A stretch of 64,000 nt of DNA from a bacterium. GTDB taxonomy: Bacteria > Cyanobacteriota > Vampirovibrionia > Gastranaerophilales > JBAXKC01. Within the stretch, counting starts at the first letter, position 1, and every line of letters begins with the position of its first letter. The stretch lies in contig JBAXKC010000007.1 in NCBI GenBank assembly GCA_037137535.1, forward strand, positions 27,037 through 91,036, written 5' to 3'. Both the position numbers and the translations under genes were made by a program. The notes under the pieces were generated by a model, which had not been told where the DNA came from, made no database searches, and saw nothing but the letters and a program-made list of their open reading frames with translations. Shown here in pieces: positions 1 through 10,172 of this stretch.

Positions 1-1062
1 GAAAAAGGATCATCTCCAACAATAAAATATGAATATCAAACAGATACCCGTTTTCCTTCGTTGTTACATGCAGAATTACCTGTTGAATGCTTGAAAACTT
101 ATGGACATATGATATCCACATTTTTTCCTGTTGTTGTTAATAATACACATAATTTTTACGCAGATGAACAAGGAAGACAATGTTTTTATAATCAATATTT
201 AGTTGAAGCGTTTATGACTACTCCTATTATAACAGAGACTTATCCTCATTTAGCAATAGGAGGGATGGTTCTTTTTACTCATTCTCCAAGAATTTGGTTA
301 AAAAATGAAATAGATTTTATGAGGGGTATTGATGATGTTATAATGAGTGCTATAAATCGAATTAAAAGATTAAGAGAACTTGACGAATTAAGAAACTCTT
401 TCATCCAAACAATGACTCATGATTTACAAATACCCTTGGTCGGAGAAAATAAAGCTCTTGAATATTTATTAAAAAAATCCGACAATGAAACTATTGGGAG
501 CATTAAACCGATACTGAATGAATTAAAATTAAATAATGAATATAGTCATGAAGCATTAATTAAGTATATTGAAATATATAAATATGAATCAGGATCAAGA
601 ACGTTAAACTTAAAAAATATAAATATCTCAACTGTTGCTGATAAAGCAATTAAGAATATAGAACATTTAATCACAAGTAAGAATATTGATTTTAAAATTA
701 ATATTCAAAATAATCTTCCATTATTAAAAATGGAGGCACAAGAAATATCTAAAGTAATTTATAACTTTATAGACAATGCTATTTCATATTCCGAGGAAAA
801 TTCAAAAATTGAACTGAATATAAAAGAAAATAAAGATAAAATTTATGTTTGCGTAAATAATAATGGTCCGGCAATACCTAAAGAACTGCAATCTATGATA
901 TTTAATCGCTTTAAAATGATAGAAAGAACTGAAAGAAAAGTTGGTTCAGGATTAAGCTTATATTTGAGTAAATTAATAATAGAAGCTCATGGCGGCTCTA
1001 TTTGGTATGAAACAAATCAAAAAAATGGCTCAATGTTTTGTTTTACTCTTCCAAAAGAATAA
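1..1062 (+). CDS. GAF-containing sensor histidine kinase, 5'-truncated by window edge
   Basis: Frame open from base 1; H-box MTHDLQIP, N-box NFIDNAISYS, C-terminal IIEAHGGSIW...FCFTLP. Confidence 0.9.
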   Translation, partial: EKGSSPTIKYEYQTDTRFPSLLHAELPVECLKTYGHMISTFFPVVVNNTHNFYADEQGRQCFYNQYLVEAFMTTPIITETYPHLAIGGMVLFTHSPRIWLKNEIDFMRGIDDVIMSAINRIKRLRELDELRNSFIQTMTHDLQIPLVGENKALEYLLKKSDNETIGSIKPILNELKLNNEYSHEALIKYIEIYKYESGSRTLNLKNINISTVADKAIKNIEHLITSKNIDFKINIQNNLPLLKMEAQEISKVIYNFIDNAISYSEENSKIELNIKENKDKIYVCVNNNGPAIPKELQSMIFNRFKMIERTERKVGSGLSLYLSKLIIEAHGGSIWYETNQKNGSMFCFTLPKE

Positions 1063-1123
1063 CCGGATAGCAATTATTATTTTGGAATGCGTTATATAGA
1101 TAACGCATTATAAGGTTTTTCAA

Positions 1124-2599
1124 ATGAAGAATATAACATCAAGACCACAAATCATTTTAAATACTAATAATTGGGCAAAAAGAAAAAATCTGAACGTATC
1201 AAGTTCAGAAACACTTACTGAAAAAAATTATGACTTGAATTTTAAAGGAAACCCTTTTGCCATTTTAGGTCAAATATTTCAACCTTCTATTAAAAAAACT
1301 GCTGCAAATATGAACGATGTTGCTTTTTTTAAAGAAATTATCGAAAAAATAAAGCTCACCACAAAAGGTAATGATACCTTAGAAAAACTTATTGAAGACA
1401 GTTTTCATAAAATTGATAAAACTAAAGTTACTGATCCCTTTGAATATATTTTTTCTGAATTACACAAAGGAATAGAAAAAGCAGAAAAACATCTTCAAAA
1501 GGCGAATGAAAGCAAAAACATAAATGATTACAGAAAAGCCGAACATTATTATAAAATATCGGCAAATTATATAGATAAATTAAATAAAAATATAAACAAT
1601 CATACAATTAATTCTAAGAATGGAGTATCAGTTTCAAATTTACGAGATAATTTTAAAATTTCAAACTTATGCAATAACTTTATTGAAAAAACAAATCAAA
1701 AACAGATTGAATGCAGAAATAATATCTTTAAAATAAATATTTCGCCGGAAGCTTTAGCTCAAACAAACGCACAAGAAACAGCAAAATATAAAGCTATTAA
1801 AAATGGCAATGGTTTTTATCGAATGACAGAACAATTAATTGACGGGCAGAGGATAAGCATGTATTCAAACCAAAGAATGACTTATACCAAAGAAGGTGTG
1901 CCTATTCCTTATAAAAATTTCAAAAAAGGACTCACTACTTTTGTTGTTGACTTAAGCAAAGATAATCAGTTAAAAAAGAACTTAGATTTTTTCAATAATA
2001 CCATTTTGGCTTTTGAAAAATTAAAAGGAAAAAATTTAGACGATTTAGAAAAAATCAAACATTTATGTTGCACGATGAAACAAATATTCCCTGAAAAAGG
2101 TTATATTCAAAATAACAAGGGGGAAACAGTTAATTTACTAACTTGGAGCAATAAACATGTGCCACATAGAGACATACTTCTTGGAGAATTTATTTCAGGA
2201 ACTAAAGACGGAATAAGACCAGGTGAAGCCGTTTGTCTTCAACAGTCAATGATTGCCAAAGTTTTTGGTGAAAATAACGGAATGAATGTTGATTTAATAA
2301 TCAATAAAGATCATGCATGGACAGAAATAAAAAGTAAAAATGGAGACAAATTTTTATTTGATCCAAGAGCTGGAATCATAGCAGATTTTAAAAATGCAAC
2401 TATATACTCTTATGATTCATATTTTGGAAGCATTGAAACATATGACAAAGACTTTATTATCAGAATGATTGAATACAAAAACAATAAGCCCTTAACTCCT
2501 GATTTCAAGCAAAAGGTTACTAATAAAGAATTACTTAGAATGTATTTAAGTTCTATTTATCAGAATGAAGTCGGAAAATCTATCTATGATAAAATATAG
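1124..2599 (+). CDS. Hypothetical protein with C-terminal EDR1/transglutaminase-like Cys-His-Asp domain
   Basis: ILLGEFI..GEAVCLQQSMIAKV, HAWTEI, FLFDP spacing typical of papain-fold transglutaminase-like triad; N-terminal LNFKG motif. Confidence 0.65.
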   Translation: MKNITSRPQIILNTNNWAKRKNLNVSSSETLTEKNYDLNFKGNPFAILGQIFQPSIKKTAANMNDVAFFKEIIEKIKLTTKGNDTLEKLIEDSFHKIDKTKVTDPFEYIFSELHKGIEKAEKHLQKANESKNINDYRKAEHYYKISANYIDKLNKNINNHTINSKNGVSVSNLRDNFKISNLCNNFIEKTNQKQIECRNNIFKINISPEALAQTNAQETAKYKAIKNGNGFYRMTEQLIDGQRISMYSNQRMTYTKEGVPIPYKNFKKGLTTFVVDLSKDNQLKKNLDFFNNTILAFEKLKGKNLDDLEKIKHLCCTMKQIFPEKGYIQNNKGETVNLLTWSNKHVPHRDILLGEFISGTKDGIRPGEAVCLQQSMIAKVFGENNGMNVDLIINKDHAWTEIKSKNGDKFLFDPRAGIIADFKNATIYSYDSYFGSIETYDKDFIIRMIEYKNNKPLTPDFKQKVTNKELLRMYLSSIYQNEVGKSIYDKI

Positions 2600-2603
2600 C
2601 AGA

Positions 2604-3536
2604 CTATTTTCCTATACCCGATTTGCCAAAAGTGCCCATAAGGCTTATTGCCGCAGGTCCCATTAAAACTATAAACATTGAAGGTAATATAAATAAGACC
2701 ATCGGAATTATCATCTTTACACTTGCTTTAGCCGCAAGAGCTTCAACACGTTGACGTCTTCTTGTTCTTACGGTATCGGCATAGACGCGTAAAGATTGAG
2801 CTATACTTGTTCCCAACTTATCGGTCTGAATTAATAAAGCTGTAAAACTTTTCAAATCAGGGACATTATTTCTATTTGCAAGATTTCTGAAAGCATCCTG
2901 CCTTTGAACACCTGCTAAAATATCTTTATTTACTTTTCCAAGCTCTTTTGCAAGAACAGGAGCCGTTCGGTTAAATTCCACCGATACTCTTGATAACGCA
3001 GCATCTAAACCTAATCCGGCTTCAACGCATACGGTTAATAAGTCTAACGCATCAGGAAGATTATAAGCTATATCGTCGGAACGTTTTTTAATTATTGATT
3101 TTAATTGAAAATCCGGAAATTTAAACATTCCATAAGTGCAAATAAATAGAGAAAATAACGAAAATAAAGGAGCTGACCTGTTCATAAGAGACATACAAAT
3201 TCCGATAATGACACCCATTAAAGCAAAAAATATTTTTTTCAATACGAATTTAGAGGCTTCTTCTTCTCCTGAAGCATAGCCTGCCTCTAAAAGAAGTTGT
3301 CTTGTCGATTTCATTTTATCTTTGCGTTTTAAAAAACTTGCTAAAAATGGCTCTAATAACTTATAGATTTCTTCTTTAAGACTAAATTTTTCTTCTTTGT
3401 TTTCTTCTTCTATATGATTAACTTGTGAAATCTTCGTTAATCTTGCTTGAAGAAGATCATTATGTTCATCATCAATAAAAATATATATTAAAATAGAAAT
3501 TGAAATTATTAAAAACATAAGAATAATGATATTCAT
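2604..3536 (-). CDS. tadC: Tad pilus inner-membrane platform protein TadC (T2SSF family)
   Basis: LPDALDLLTVCVEAGLGLDAAL motif; last gene of Tad operon. Confidence 0.93.
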   Translation of the reverse strand: MNIIILMFLIISISILIYIFIDDEHNDLLQARLTKISQVNHIEEENKEEKFSLKEEIYKLLEPFLASFLKRKDKMKSTRQLLLEAGYASGEEEASKFVLKKIFFALMGVIIGICMSLMNRSAPLFSLFSLFICTYGMFKFPDFQLKSIIKKRSDDIAYNLPDALDLLTVCVEAGLGLDAALSRVSVEFNRTAPVLAKELGKVNKDILAGVQRQDAFRNLANRNNVPDLKSFTALLIQTDKLGTSIAQSLRVYADTVRTRRRQRVEALAAKASVKMIIPMVLFILPSMFIVLMGPAAISLMGTFGKSGIGK

Positions 3537-3549
3537 TTAAATCTACTCC

Positions 3550-4539
3550 TTATATTTTAATATTTGTAATTTGTTTAATACATAGAAAACCGATAAAACC
3601 CATTGTTACCGCCATTGCTAAAGCCATCTGCCCCATAATATTTTCAAAAAGCGGCTTCATATAACTTGGATTCATTACCCAAATAAGCAAACCAATCGCA
3701 ACAGGAGCTAAAGCAAGCACAATTCCTGACATTTTAGCCTGCGCAGTCTGTGCATTAAGCTGACCGATAAGTTTAAATCGCTCTCTTATCGTATGCCCAA
3801 GATTATCTAATATTTCAGCTAAATTTCCGCCAATTTCCCTTTGAATAAGCACAGCTGTAATAAAAAACCTTAAATCAACGCTTTCAGGCATATAATTACT
3901 CATATTATCTAGAGCATCCCTTGTATCTCGCCCTAAAGAAATATCATCAACAACAACTTTAAAAACCTGTGATGTAGGTTCAGGCATTTCATTAATAACA
4001 AGAGCAAAAGAAGAAGACAAAGAATGACCGGCTCTTAAAGCACTTGAAATAAGACCGAGCGCATCGGGAAATTGTTGGCTGAATAATTCATGTCGTTTTT
4101 TTATACGCATTCTTATCATAAGAAAAGGACTATATGATAATATAATCCCTATTACAGTAAAAGCAACAGAATTTGCAGGTATAACCAAACCAAGGAAAAA
4201 GAAAAAGCTAAAAATACCTGCTGACATTAATAATAAAATATCAACTGTTATTTTAATATCAGCTGTTTTCAACATTCTCTTTAATTTTTCAGTCGATTTT
4301 AATCTATTTAAAATTGCGCCAATAAATAAAATTCTATATTCATCTGATGAAAAAAATGCTTTAAATTGTTGTTGCCTTAAACTTTCATTTTTTTTAGTTA
4401 AAAATACTTTATTTTTAATATTTCTAAGTCTTTTTGCCACTGATTCATCAATATTAACAACATTATTGTTAAATTGAGTAATAACAAAAAATATTGAAAA
4501 AATTAATATTAAAATAAATGCAAAGTTTAAAATATCCAT
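3550..4539 (-). CDS. tadB: Tad pilus inner-membrane platform protein TadB
   Basis: QFPDALGLISSALRAGHS, IQREIGGNLAEIL motifs. Confidence 0.93.
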   Translation of the reverse strand: MDILNFAFILILIFSIFFVITQFNNNVVNIDESVAKRLRNIKNKVFLTKKNESLRQQQFKAFFSSDEYRILFIGAILNRLKSTEKLKRMLKTADIKITVDILLLMSAGIFSFFFFLGLVIPANSVAFTVIGIILSYSPFLMIRMRIKKRHELFSQQFPDALGLISSALRAGHSLSSSFALVINEMPEPTSQVFKVVVDDISLGRDTRDALDNMSNYMPESVDLRFFITAVLIQREIGGNLAEILDNLGHTIRERFKLIGQLNAQTAQAKMSGIVLALAPVAIGLLIWVMNPSYMKPLFENIMGQMALAMAVTMGFIGFLCIKQITNIKI

Positions 4540-4550
4540 AAAAACTCAAA

Positions 4551-6077
4551 TTATCTTTTCAATCTATTTAATAGAGAATTTGATTCGTTACTACTCTTAA
4601 AAAGTTCTTCATTTTTAACTTTAGTGTTGTTATTTTGCGAATTATTATTAGAAGTAACTTCTTTTGTTGTTTTCAAATTTGGAGGATTTTTACAAAGATA
4701 AACAGGCGGTGTTTTAGCATCAAAAATAGCCAAAGATAAATTAATGCCTTTAGACTTACATCTATCAGCAAATAAAGGTCTCACACCCGTAGCAACATGT
4801 TGACCTATTATTTTTCCATTTTCATCTATGCCTGTCTGCTCCCATTTAAAAATATCCTGCATAGTAATTGTAGAGCCCTCTAATCCTGTCAATTCAGTTA
4901 TATGAGTAACTCTTCTTGTGCCATCACTAAGCCTGCTTGCCTGAACTATGATATGAACAGCCGAACTGACTTGAGTTCTGATAGTTCTTTCAGGCAATTC
5001 AACACCTGAGAACATAACCATTGTCTCTAGTCTGCTTAATGCATCTCTCGGAGTGTTTGCGTGAAGTGTAGTTAAAGAACCATCATGACCTGTATTCATC
5101 GCCTGTAGCATATCTAAAGTTTCAGCGCCACGACATTCCCCTATAACAATACGATCAGGTCTCATTCTTAAAGCATTAATAACTAAATCTCTAGCGGTTA
5201 TAGCTCCTGTTCCTTCAATGTTTGAAGGTCTTGTTTCAAGCCTTACAACATGTTCTTGCTGTAAATTCAATTCAGCAGAGTCTTCGATAGTTACAATTCT
5301 TTCATCTTCAGGAATTTGAGCTGATAAGCTGTTTAAAAGAGTTGTTTTTCCTGCACCTGTTCCACCCGATATAACAATATTTAATCGGCTTTTAACTGCG
5401 GCTTTTAAGGTATCTGCCATTGCAGTAGTCATTGATCCCCATTGTAGAAGACTTTCCAGCGTAGCGACATCAGACTTGAATCTTCTTATTGAAAGGGATG
5501 GTCCATCTATTGCTAATGGAGGAATAATAGCATTAACCCTTGACCCGTCAGGTAATCTTGCATCAACCATCGGAGACTTTTCATCAATTCTTCTTCCTAC
5601 TTTCGATACAATTCTTTCAATGATATTCATTAAATGAGCATTATCTTTAAAGGTTATTGAAGTTTTATGAATTTTACCATGTTTTTCAACATAAACCTGC
5701 TTTGCTCCATTAACAAGAATATCAGAGACTTCAGTATCAGCCAGTAAAATATCGAGAGGTCCATACCCCTTAACTTCATTCAAAATCTCTCTGATTATAA
5801 TTTCTTTTTCATTTTTATTTAACGGAGTTGTTCCAAAATCACTCGAAAGTTTTTTATCAATAAACTGGCGAATAAATTGTTTTTGTTCTTCTTCGGAATA
5901 AGTATCCCAAACAGGTGTAGAATTAACCTTTTCAATCAATAAAGTATGAATTTTTTCTTTGATATTCATAAATTCAACGGTTAAAGGCTCATTATACAAT
6001 GATAATTCATTATATGGTTTAACATCAGACGATTTAGACGGTGGAAGATTTTTACTTAACCTATCTCTTAATGACAT
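4551..6077 (-). CDS. cpaF: Tad pilus assembly ATPase CpaF/TadA
   Basis: Walker A GGTGAGKTT, LRMRPDRIVIGECRG, AMNTGHDGSLTTLHAN. Confidence 0.96.
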   Translation of the reverse strand: MSLRDRLSKNLPPSKSSDVKPYNELSLYNEPLTVEFMNIKEKIHTLLIEKVNSTPVWDTYSEEEQKQFIRQFIDKKLSSDFGTTPLNKNEKEIIIREILNEVKGYGPLDILLADTEVSDILVNGAKQVYVEKHGKIHKTSITFKDNAHLMNIIERIVSKVGRRIDEKSPMVDARLPDGSRVNAIIPPLAIDGPSLSIRRFKSDVATLESLLQWGSMTTAMADTLKAAVKSRLNIVISGGTGAGKTTLLNSLSAQIPEDERIVTIEDSAELNLQQEHVVRLETRPSNIEGTGAITARDLVINALRMRPDRIVIGECRGAETLDMLQAMNTGHDGSLTTLHANTPRDALSRLETMVMFSGVELPERTIRTQVSSAVHIIVQASRLSDGTRRVTHITELTGLEGSTITMQDIFKWEQTGIDENGKIIGQHVATGVRPLFADRCKSKGINLSLAIFDAKTPPVYLCKNPPNLKTTKEVTSNNNSQNNNTKVKNEELFKSSNESNSLLNRLKR

Positions 6078-6091
6078 TTGTTATGAACCTC

Positions 6092-7327
6092 CTACTTTCC
6101 GTTTTTTGTTAGTCTGCTTAAAAAAGGTGATATAGACTTCATACTAAATAAGCTTTTATTCTTTTTAGCCTTTCCTTGAAATTTATTGTCTCTTACTATA
6201 ACAGAATTACTCAACAATGCGGCTAATTCCATAAAACTTTGACTAATATTAGAATTAGGGTCAATTTTAGAAATAGGAACACCTCTGTTAATAGCAGACA
6301 TTACGGACAAGTAATTATTAGGAAACTTCCAATATACAGAATGCCCTAAAGCATCTTCAACATCTTCAACCGTAATTTCTTCATTAGGCATATAACGGTT
6401 GATAATCAACTTTACTTTATCTTCGTTATAATCAAGCCTGTTAAACAGGTCAATACATCTTTGAGAGTTTCGTATAGTAGGAAGATTTACCATTGAAACC
6501 AGAAGAATATTATCCGAGTTATCAAGTGAACACAGCGTTTTACTGTCAAAATTACTGCTTGTATCAATAATTATGTAGGAAAAAACTGATTTTAATATAC
6601 TGAGAACAGTATTAATCTGCTCAGAGGTAATTTCCTCAGCCTGCTCCAAATATGGAGGGTCTGCGAGTATATACAAATCTTTATCTTTATATTTTTCAAG
6701 AGTGCTTAGAAGAAATGACTCATCAACCCTGTTTAAATGAGTAACAACATAAGAAATATCAAAAGAAGGAGAAATATCCAAAAAGGTTGTCACATCGCCA
6801 AGTTGAAGGTTCAAATCAAGTAAGGCCACTTTTTTACCTGTAAGATCCGCAAGACTCACCGCAAGATTAGCGGCAATTGTAGTTTTTCCAATACCACCCT
6901 TGTTGCTGAAAACTGTTATTATTTTGCTCTGATGTCTTTCTTCATTATCAACATTAATAATGCTTTTAGCCTTATCAAGTGCATTTTTAAGCTCGTTTGT
7001 CTGAATTGGCTTTGATAAAAATTCTCTTGCCCCTGCTCTCATTGTCTTTAAAACAATATCTGTACTTACATCAGACGAAGTTACAAAGATAATAGTGTTT
7101 TTAGCTTGAATAGAAAGTTTTTCTATTACTTCAAGAGCATACTCTTCATTATCAGATATATCAATAATCGCAACAGACGGTTTGTCCTGAATAATAGCAT
7201 TATAGCCTGCGACTAAAGTATTATAATCTCCGATGACTTTAACATTTGGCATTTCATCTAAAGTGCTTTTTAGTATTGGGCTTTGATCCTCAAAGCTGTC
7301 AACCACTATCATTGAGATTAAATCCAT
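6092..7327 (-). CDS. cpaE: CpaE/TadZ pilus localisation protein (pseudo-receiver + MinD/ParA ATPase)
   Basis: N-terminal receiver-like domain, KGGIGKTT, LLDLNLQLGDV; ATG at 7327 directly follows the secretin stop codon. Confidence 0.9.
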   Translation of the reverse strand: MDLISMIVVDSFEDQSPILKSTLDEMPNVKVIGDYNTLVAGYNAIIQDKPSVAIIDISDNEEYALEVIEKLSIQAKNTIIFVTSSDVSTDIVLKTMRAGAREFLSKPIQTNELKNALDKAKSIINVDNEERHQSKIITVFSNKGGIGKTTIAANLAVSLADLTGKKVALLDLNLQLGDVTTFLDISPSFDISYVVTHLNRVDESFLLSTLEKYKDKDLYILADPPYLEQAEEITSEQINTVLSILKSVFSYIIIDTSSNFDSKTLCSLDNSDNILLVSMVNLPTIRNSQRCIDLFNRLDYNEDKVKLIINRYMPNEEITVEDVEDALGHSVYWKFPNNYLSVMSAINRGVPISKIDPNSNISQSFMELAALLSNSVIVRDNKFQGKAKKNKSLFSMKSISPFLSRLTKNGK

Positions 7328-7328
7328 A

Positions 7329-8690
7329 TTATAAGCCCTCTCCTGAAACATTGGAATCGATAATTCTAGGAGTTACAAATATTAAAAGCTCTGTTTCATC
7401 TTTTCTTATATCAGATCTCTTAAAGAAATTACCTATAATCGGTATATCGCCTAAAGTAGGGATTTGGTCTTTTGATGAATTATCTGTTCTTTTCAACAGT
7501 CCCGCAATAACAAGAGTCTGACCGTCCATTAACTGAACAGTAGTTTCAGCTTTTCTTGTTTTAAATCCGTAAATTTTTGAATTTTGATTTGTAACAGTTA
7601 CGGTAGAATCTATTTCACTTACCTCAGGAATTATATTTAATGAAATAAGTTTTGATTCAGGCTGTATAGTAGGGGTAAAAGTAACATTTACACCTGTATC
7701 TTTATATTCATAAGATACATTTCCGCCTTCACCGATACCGCTTGGAACAGGAACTTGATAACCTGCGTTAAAACTGGCTTTATTGCCATTTGTCGAAACA
7801 AGTTTAGGCTCTGCAAGTATTTTAACAAGACCTTTTTGCTCTGCCATACTTAAAGCAGTACTTACGCTTTGAGAATTAAATCCAAACCCTCTTAATCCCT
7901 TTGAAATATCCGGCTCAAAAGACATACCGTATTGATTCCCCGATATTGCCGTAGCAGCACTTGGAATAACACCAAATGTAAAATTATCAGCATATCTGCT
8001 TAATGCGAAACTTGAACTTATTATTTTTGTAAACGAACGAGCAGCTTCTGTAACTTTAACTTCAAGTACAATTTGAGGAGTTTTACATTCAGAAAGATCA
8101 ACAAATTTATAGCCGTATGCTTCAGTTATACTTTTAATTTTATCTCTTACAATAGAAGAAGAAACATTTCCTGCAAGTATAACATTTTCAGAATTAGTAA
8201 ATTTTAAATCCACTTTTTCATTCGGATATACTGATCTGACAGCTTTTAATAAAATAGTAGGATCATTTTTAATATTCAAATCAAAGAAAACAGGTTCACC
8301 TGTTTCTCCCCATATAATTAAACTTGTTAAGCCTGCTGTTTTACCGTTTAAAAGCAATTCATTAGGCGAAAGCATTATTATATCGGCAAGTGAAGGATTT
8401 GTTAAAGATATTCTTTTTACAGGCTCATTAAATCTTATAAGCTGAGATTTCCCCACAAAAGCAGTCATTTCAGAAATACTACCTTTTAAATCAGCGTTAA
8501 CTTTTTCCGTAGGAGTAAAAAAGGTATCAGAAATTTTTCTGGAGGCTTTATCATCAATAGACAAAGGAGAAAGATTCATTTCTCTAAGCTGTGGAGCAGC
8601 ATCAGCATTAACCGACTGCGAACAAGAGAATAAAAGCGCAATTGATAACAAGCCAAATATTATATTTTTTTTCTGATAATTATAGTTCAA
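7329..8690 (-). CDS. cpaC: Tad pilus secretin CpaC/RcpA
   Basis: Signal peptide, pilus N-terminal domain (GKSQLIRF..G.TSLIIW), secretin core LAEPKL..GNKASF.AG, IPTLGDIPIIGNFF..ETELLIFVTP. Confidence 0.92.
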   Translation of the reverse strand: MNYNYQKKNIIFGLLSIALLFSCSQSVNADAAPQLREMNLSPLSIDDKASRKISDTFFTPTEKVNADLKGSISEMTAFVGKSQLIRFNEPVKRISLTNPSLADIIMLSPNELLLNGKTAGLTSLIIWGETGEPVFFDLNIKNDPTILLKAVRSVYPNEKVDLKFTNSENVILAGNVSSSIVRDKIKSITEAYGYKFVDLSECKTPQIVLEVKVTEAARSFTKIISSSFALSRYADNFTFGVIPSAATAISGNQYGMSFEPDISKGLRGFGFNSQSVSTALSMAEQKGLVKILAEPKLVSTNGNKASFNAGYQVPVPSGIGEGGNVSYEYKDTGVNVTFTPTIQPESKLISLNIIPEVSEIDSTVTVTNQNSKIYGFKTRKAETTVQLMDGQTLVIAGLLKRTDNSSKDQIPTLGDIPIIGNFFKRSDIRKDETELLIFVTPRIIDSNVSGEGL

Positions 8691-8701
8691 CTCATTTACC
8701 T

Positions 8702-9658
8702 TTAATAATCGCTGTTAAAATTAACTTCTGACTTAACATTTGCCTGAATAAGCTCTACTGATTTTGTATGCTGCAACTTTGGAGCAGCTGGTAGCGGCAA
8801 GCCTGACGAAGAAATAGCCGGAAGTGTCGGAACTCCGGAAATGGAAGGGACTTCAGGAAGTTTATAACCAGGGATTATTGATCCATAATTATGACCTGAA
8901 CTTGAAGCTGAATGCCTTTTCTTATAAGACTTGTTTCCGATAATTTTTTTATCTGTAAAATTTCTAGCCACAACTTGAAGCTTTCCACTCATCATTGCAT
9001 CAACTATCCTTGCCGAAGAGCCTGCCGGAATCTGAAAGGTTATTGCTGTTGCCTTTATTACAGATTGAGCTGTGCCATCAGGCACACCTTCTAACGAGAT
9101 TATCTTTACGTTTTGCAAAATAAGCTCAGGCTGTTCTGTCGCTGTTTTTGCCATTGAAATAATATCAACATAACTTCCTTTTGTAATATAAGAAGCTAAG
9201 CCTTGAATATAGGACACAGGAATGGATATAGCCCTCATTCCTTCAGGAAGATCAAGCCCGGCAAAACTATTTTCCATTACATCGCTATTTTTTATAAAAT
9301 CTCCTGCCTTTATGGCTTTTGCACTGATTTTACCAACAAGAGAATATAAATTATTTGATACATCGGGTGGCATTAATTTTGCGTTAATTTGCTTTGCTTC
9401 CATCATTTCTGTGGTTAACACAACGCCTGAAGGGATATTTTGTCTTGAAACAACAGCAAGATTAGAATTAACAACATTAACACCGCTTTGCAAATTTTGT
9501 GATAATCTGCCAAGTTCTGTTTTTTGAGATTGCAGCTCTTTACTCAAATCCTGAATTACCGCATCTTTTTTAGTAAAAGATGTGAATATACCAAAAGCGG
9601 AGATAATGCCTGCTGTAACCGCTATCATTATTTTTTTTCTATTTGACTTTGAACGCAT
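8702..9658 (-). CDS. cpaB: Flp pilus assembly protein CpaB/RcpC
   Basis: N-terminal TM, SAF-like domain, LPEGMRAISIPV..G.YVDI..ILQNVKII. Confidence 0.9.
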   Translation of the reverse strand: MRSKSNRKKIMIAVTAGIISAFGIFTSFTKKDAVIQDLSKELQSQKTELGRLSQNLQSGVNVVNSNLAVVSRQNIPSGVVLTTEMMEAKQINAKLMPPDVSNNLYSLVGKISAKAIKAGDFIKNSDVMENSFAGLDLPEGMRAISIPVSYIQGLASYITKGSYVDIISMAKTATEQPELILQNVKIISLEGVPDGTAQSVIKATAITFQIPAGSSARIVDAMMSGKLQVVARNFTDKKIIGNKSYKKRHSASSSGHNYGSIIPGYKLPEVPSISGVPTLPAISSSGLPLPAAPKLQHTKSVELIQANVKSEVNFNSDY

Positions 9659-9835
9659 ATCCTATCCCGATCAAATACTTTATTTTAGATATCGGCTATC
9701 GCAAAGATTAACTTTAACATTTTACGACAGTCCACCCTTTAGATTACCAGTTATAATGATTTTGAATATCATTCAAACAAACTATATCAAGTATAATCCG
9801 ATTTTTTTGAAATATAAAGTATTTTATACGAAAGT

Positions 9836-10172
9836 TCATTTAGGCTTATTATTCTTAATTTTATGCCTATGTTTATGAAATTTTTTAGAGTGTTTCTTTT
9901 TATGGTGTTTTTTCTTTTTAGTATGTTTTTTAGGTTGTTTTGGCTTTAAAATACATGTTTTACAAGAATGAGCATTAAATAATTGTTCTGCTTCATCTCT
10001 TGTTGTTACGACACAATTAGAACAATACGAAGCCGTGACGACCATCAATTTTATGATAAATTTTACTATCCAAATTTAAAGCAACATCTTCTGCAAAACT
10101 AAAATTGCAAAGACATCAGTGCAAGATAATAATCGCAAATAACTTATTAAGCTTTAATAGAGTAATTTTCAA
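9836..10172 (-). pseudogene. Disrupted gene for small exported Cys-rich protein with His/Lys-rich tail
   Basis: TTG at 10172 after GAGGG; reads MKITLLKLNKLFAIIILH*CLCNFSFAEDVALNLDSKIYHKIDGRH, then 1-nt shift near 10034 into ASYCSNC...EAEQLFNAHSCKTC. Confidence 0.55.
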
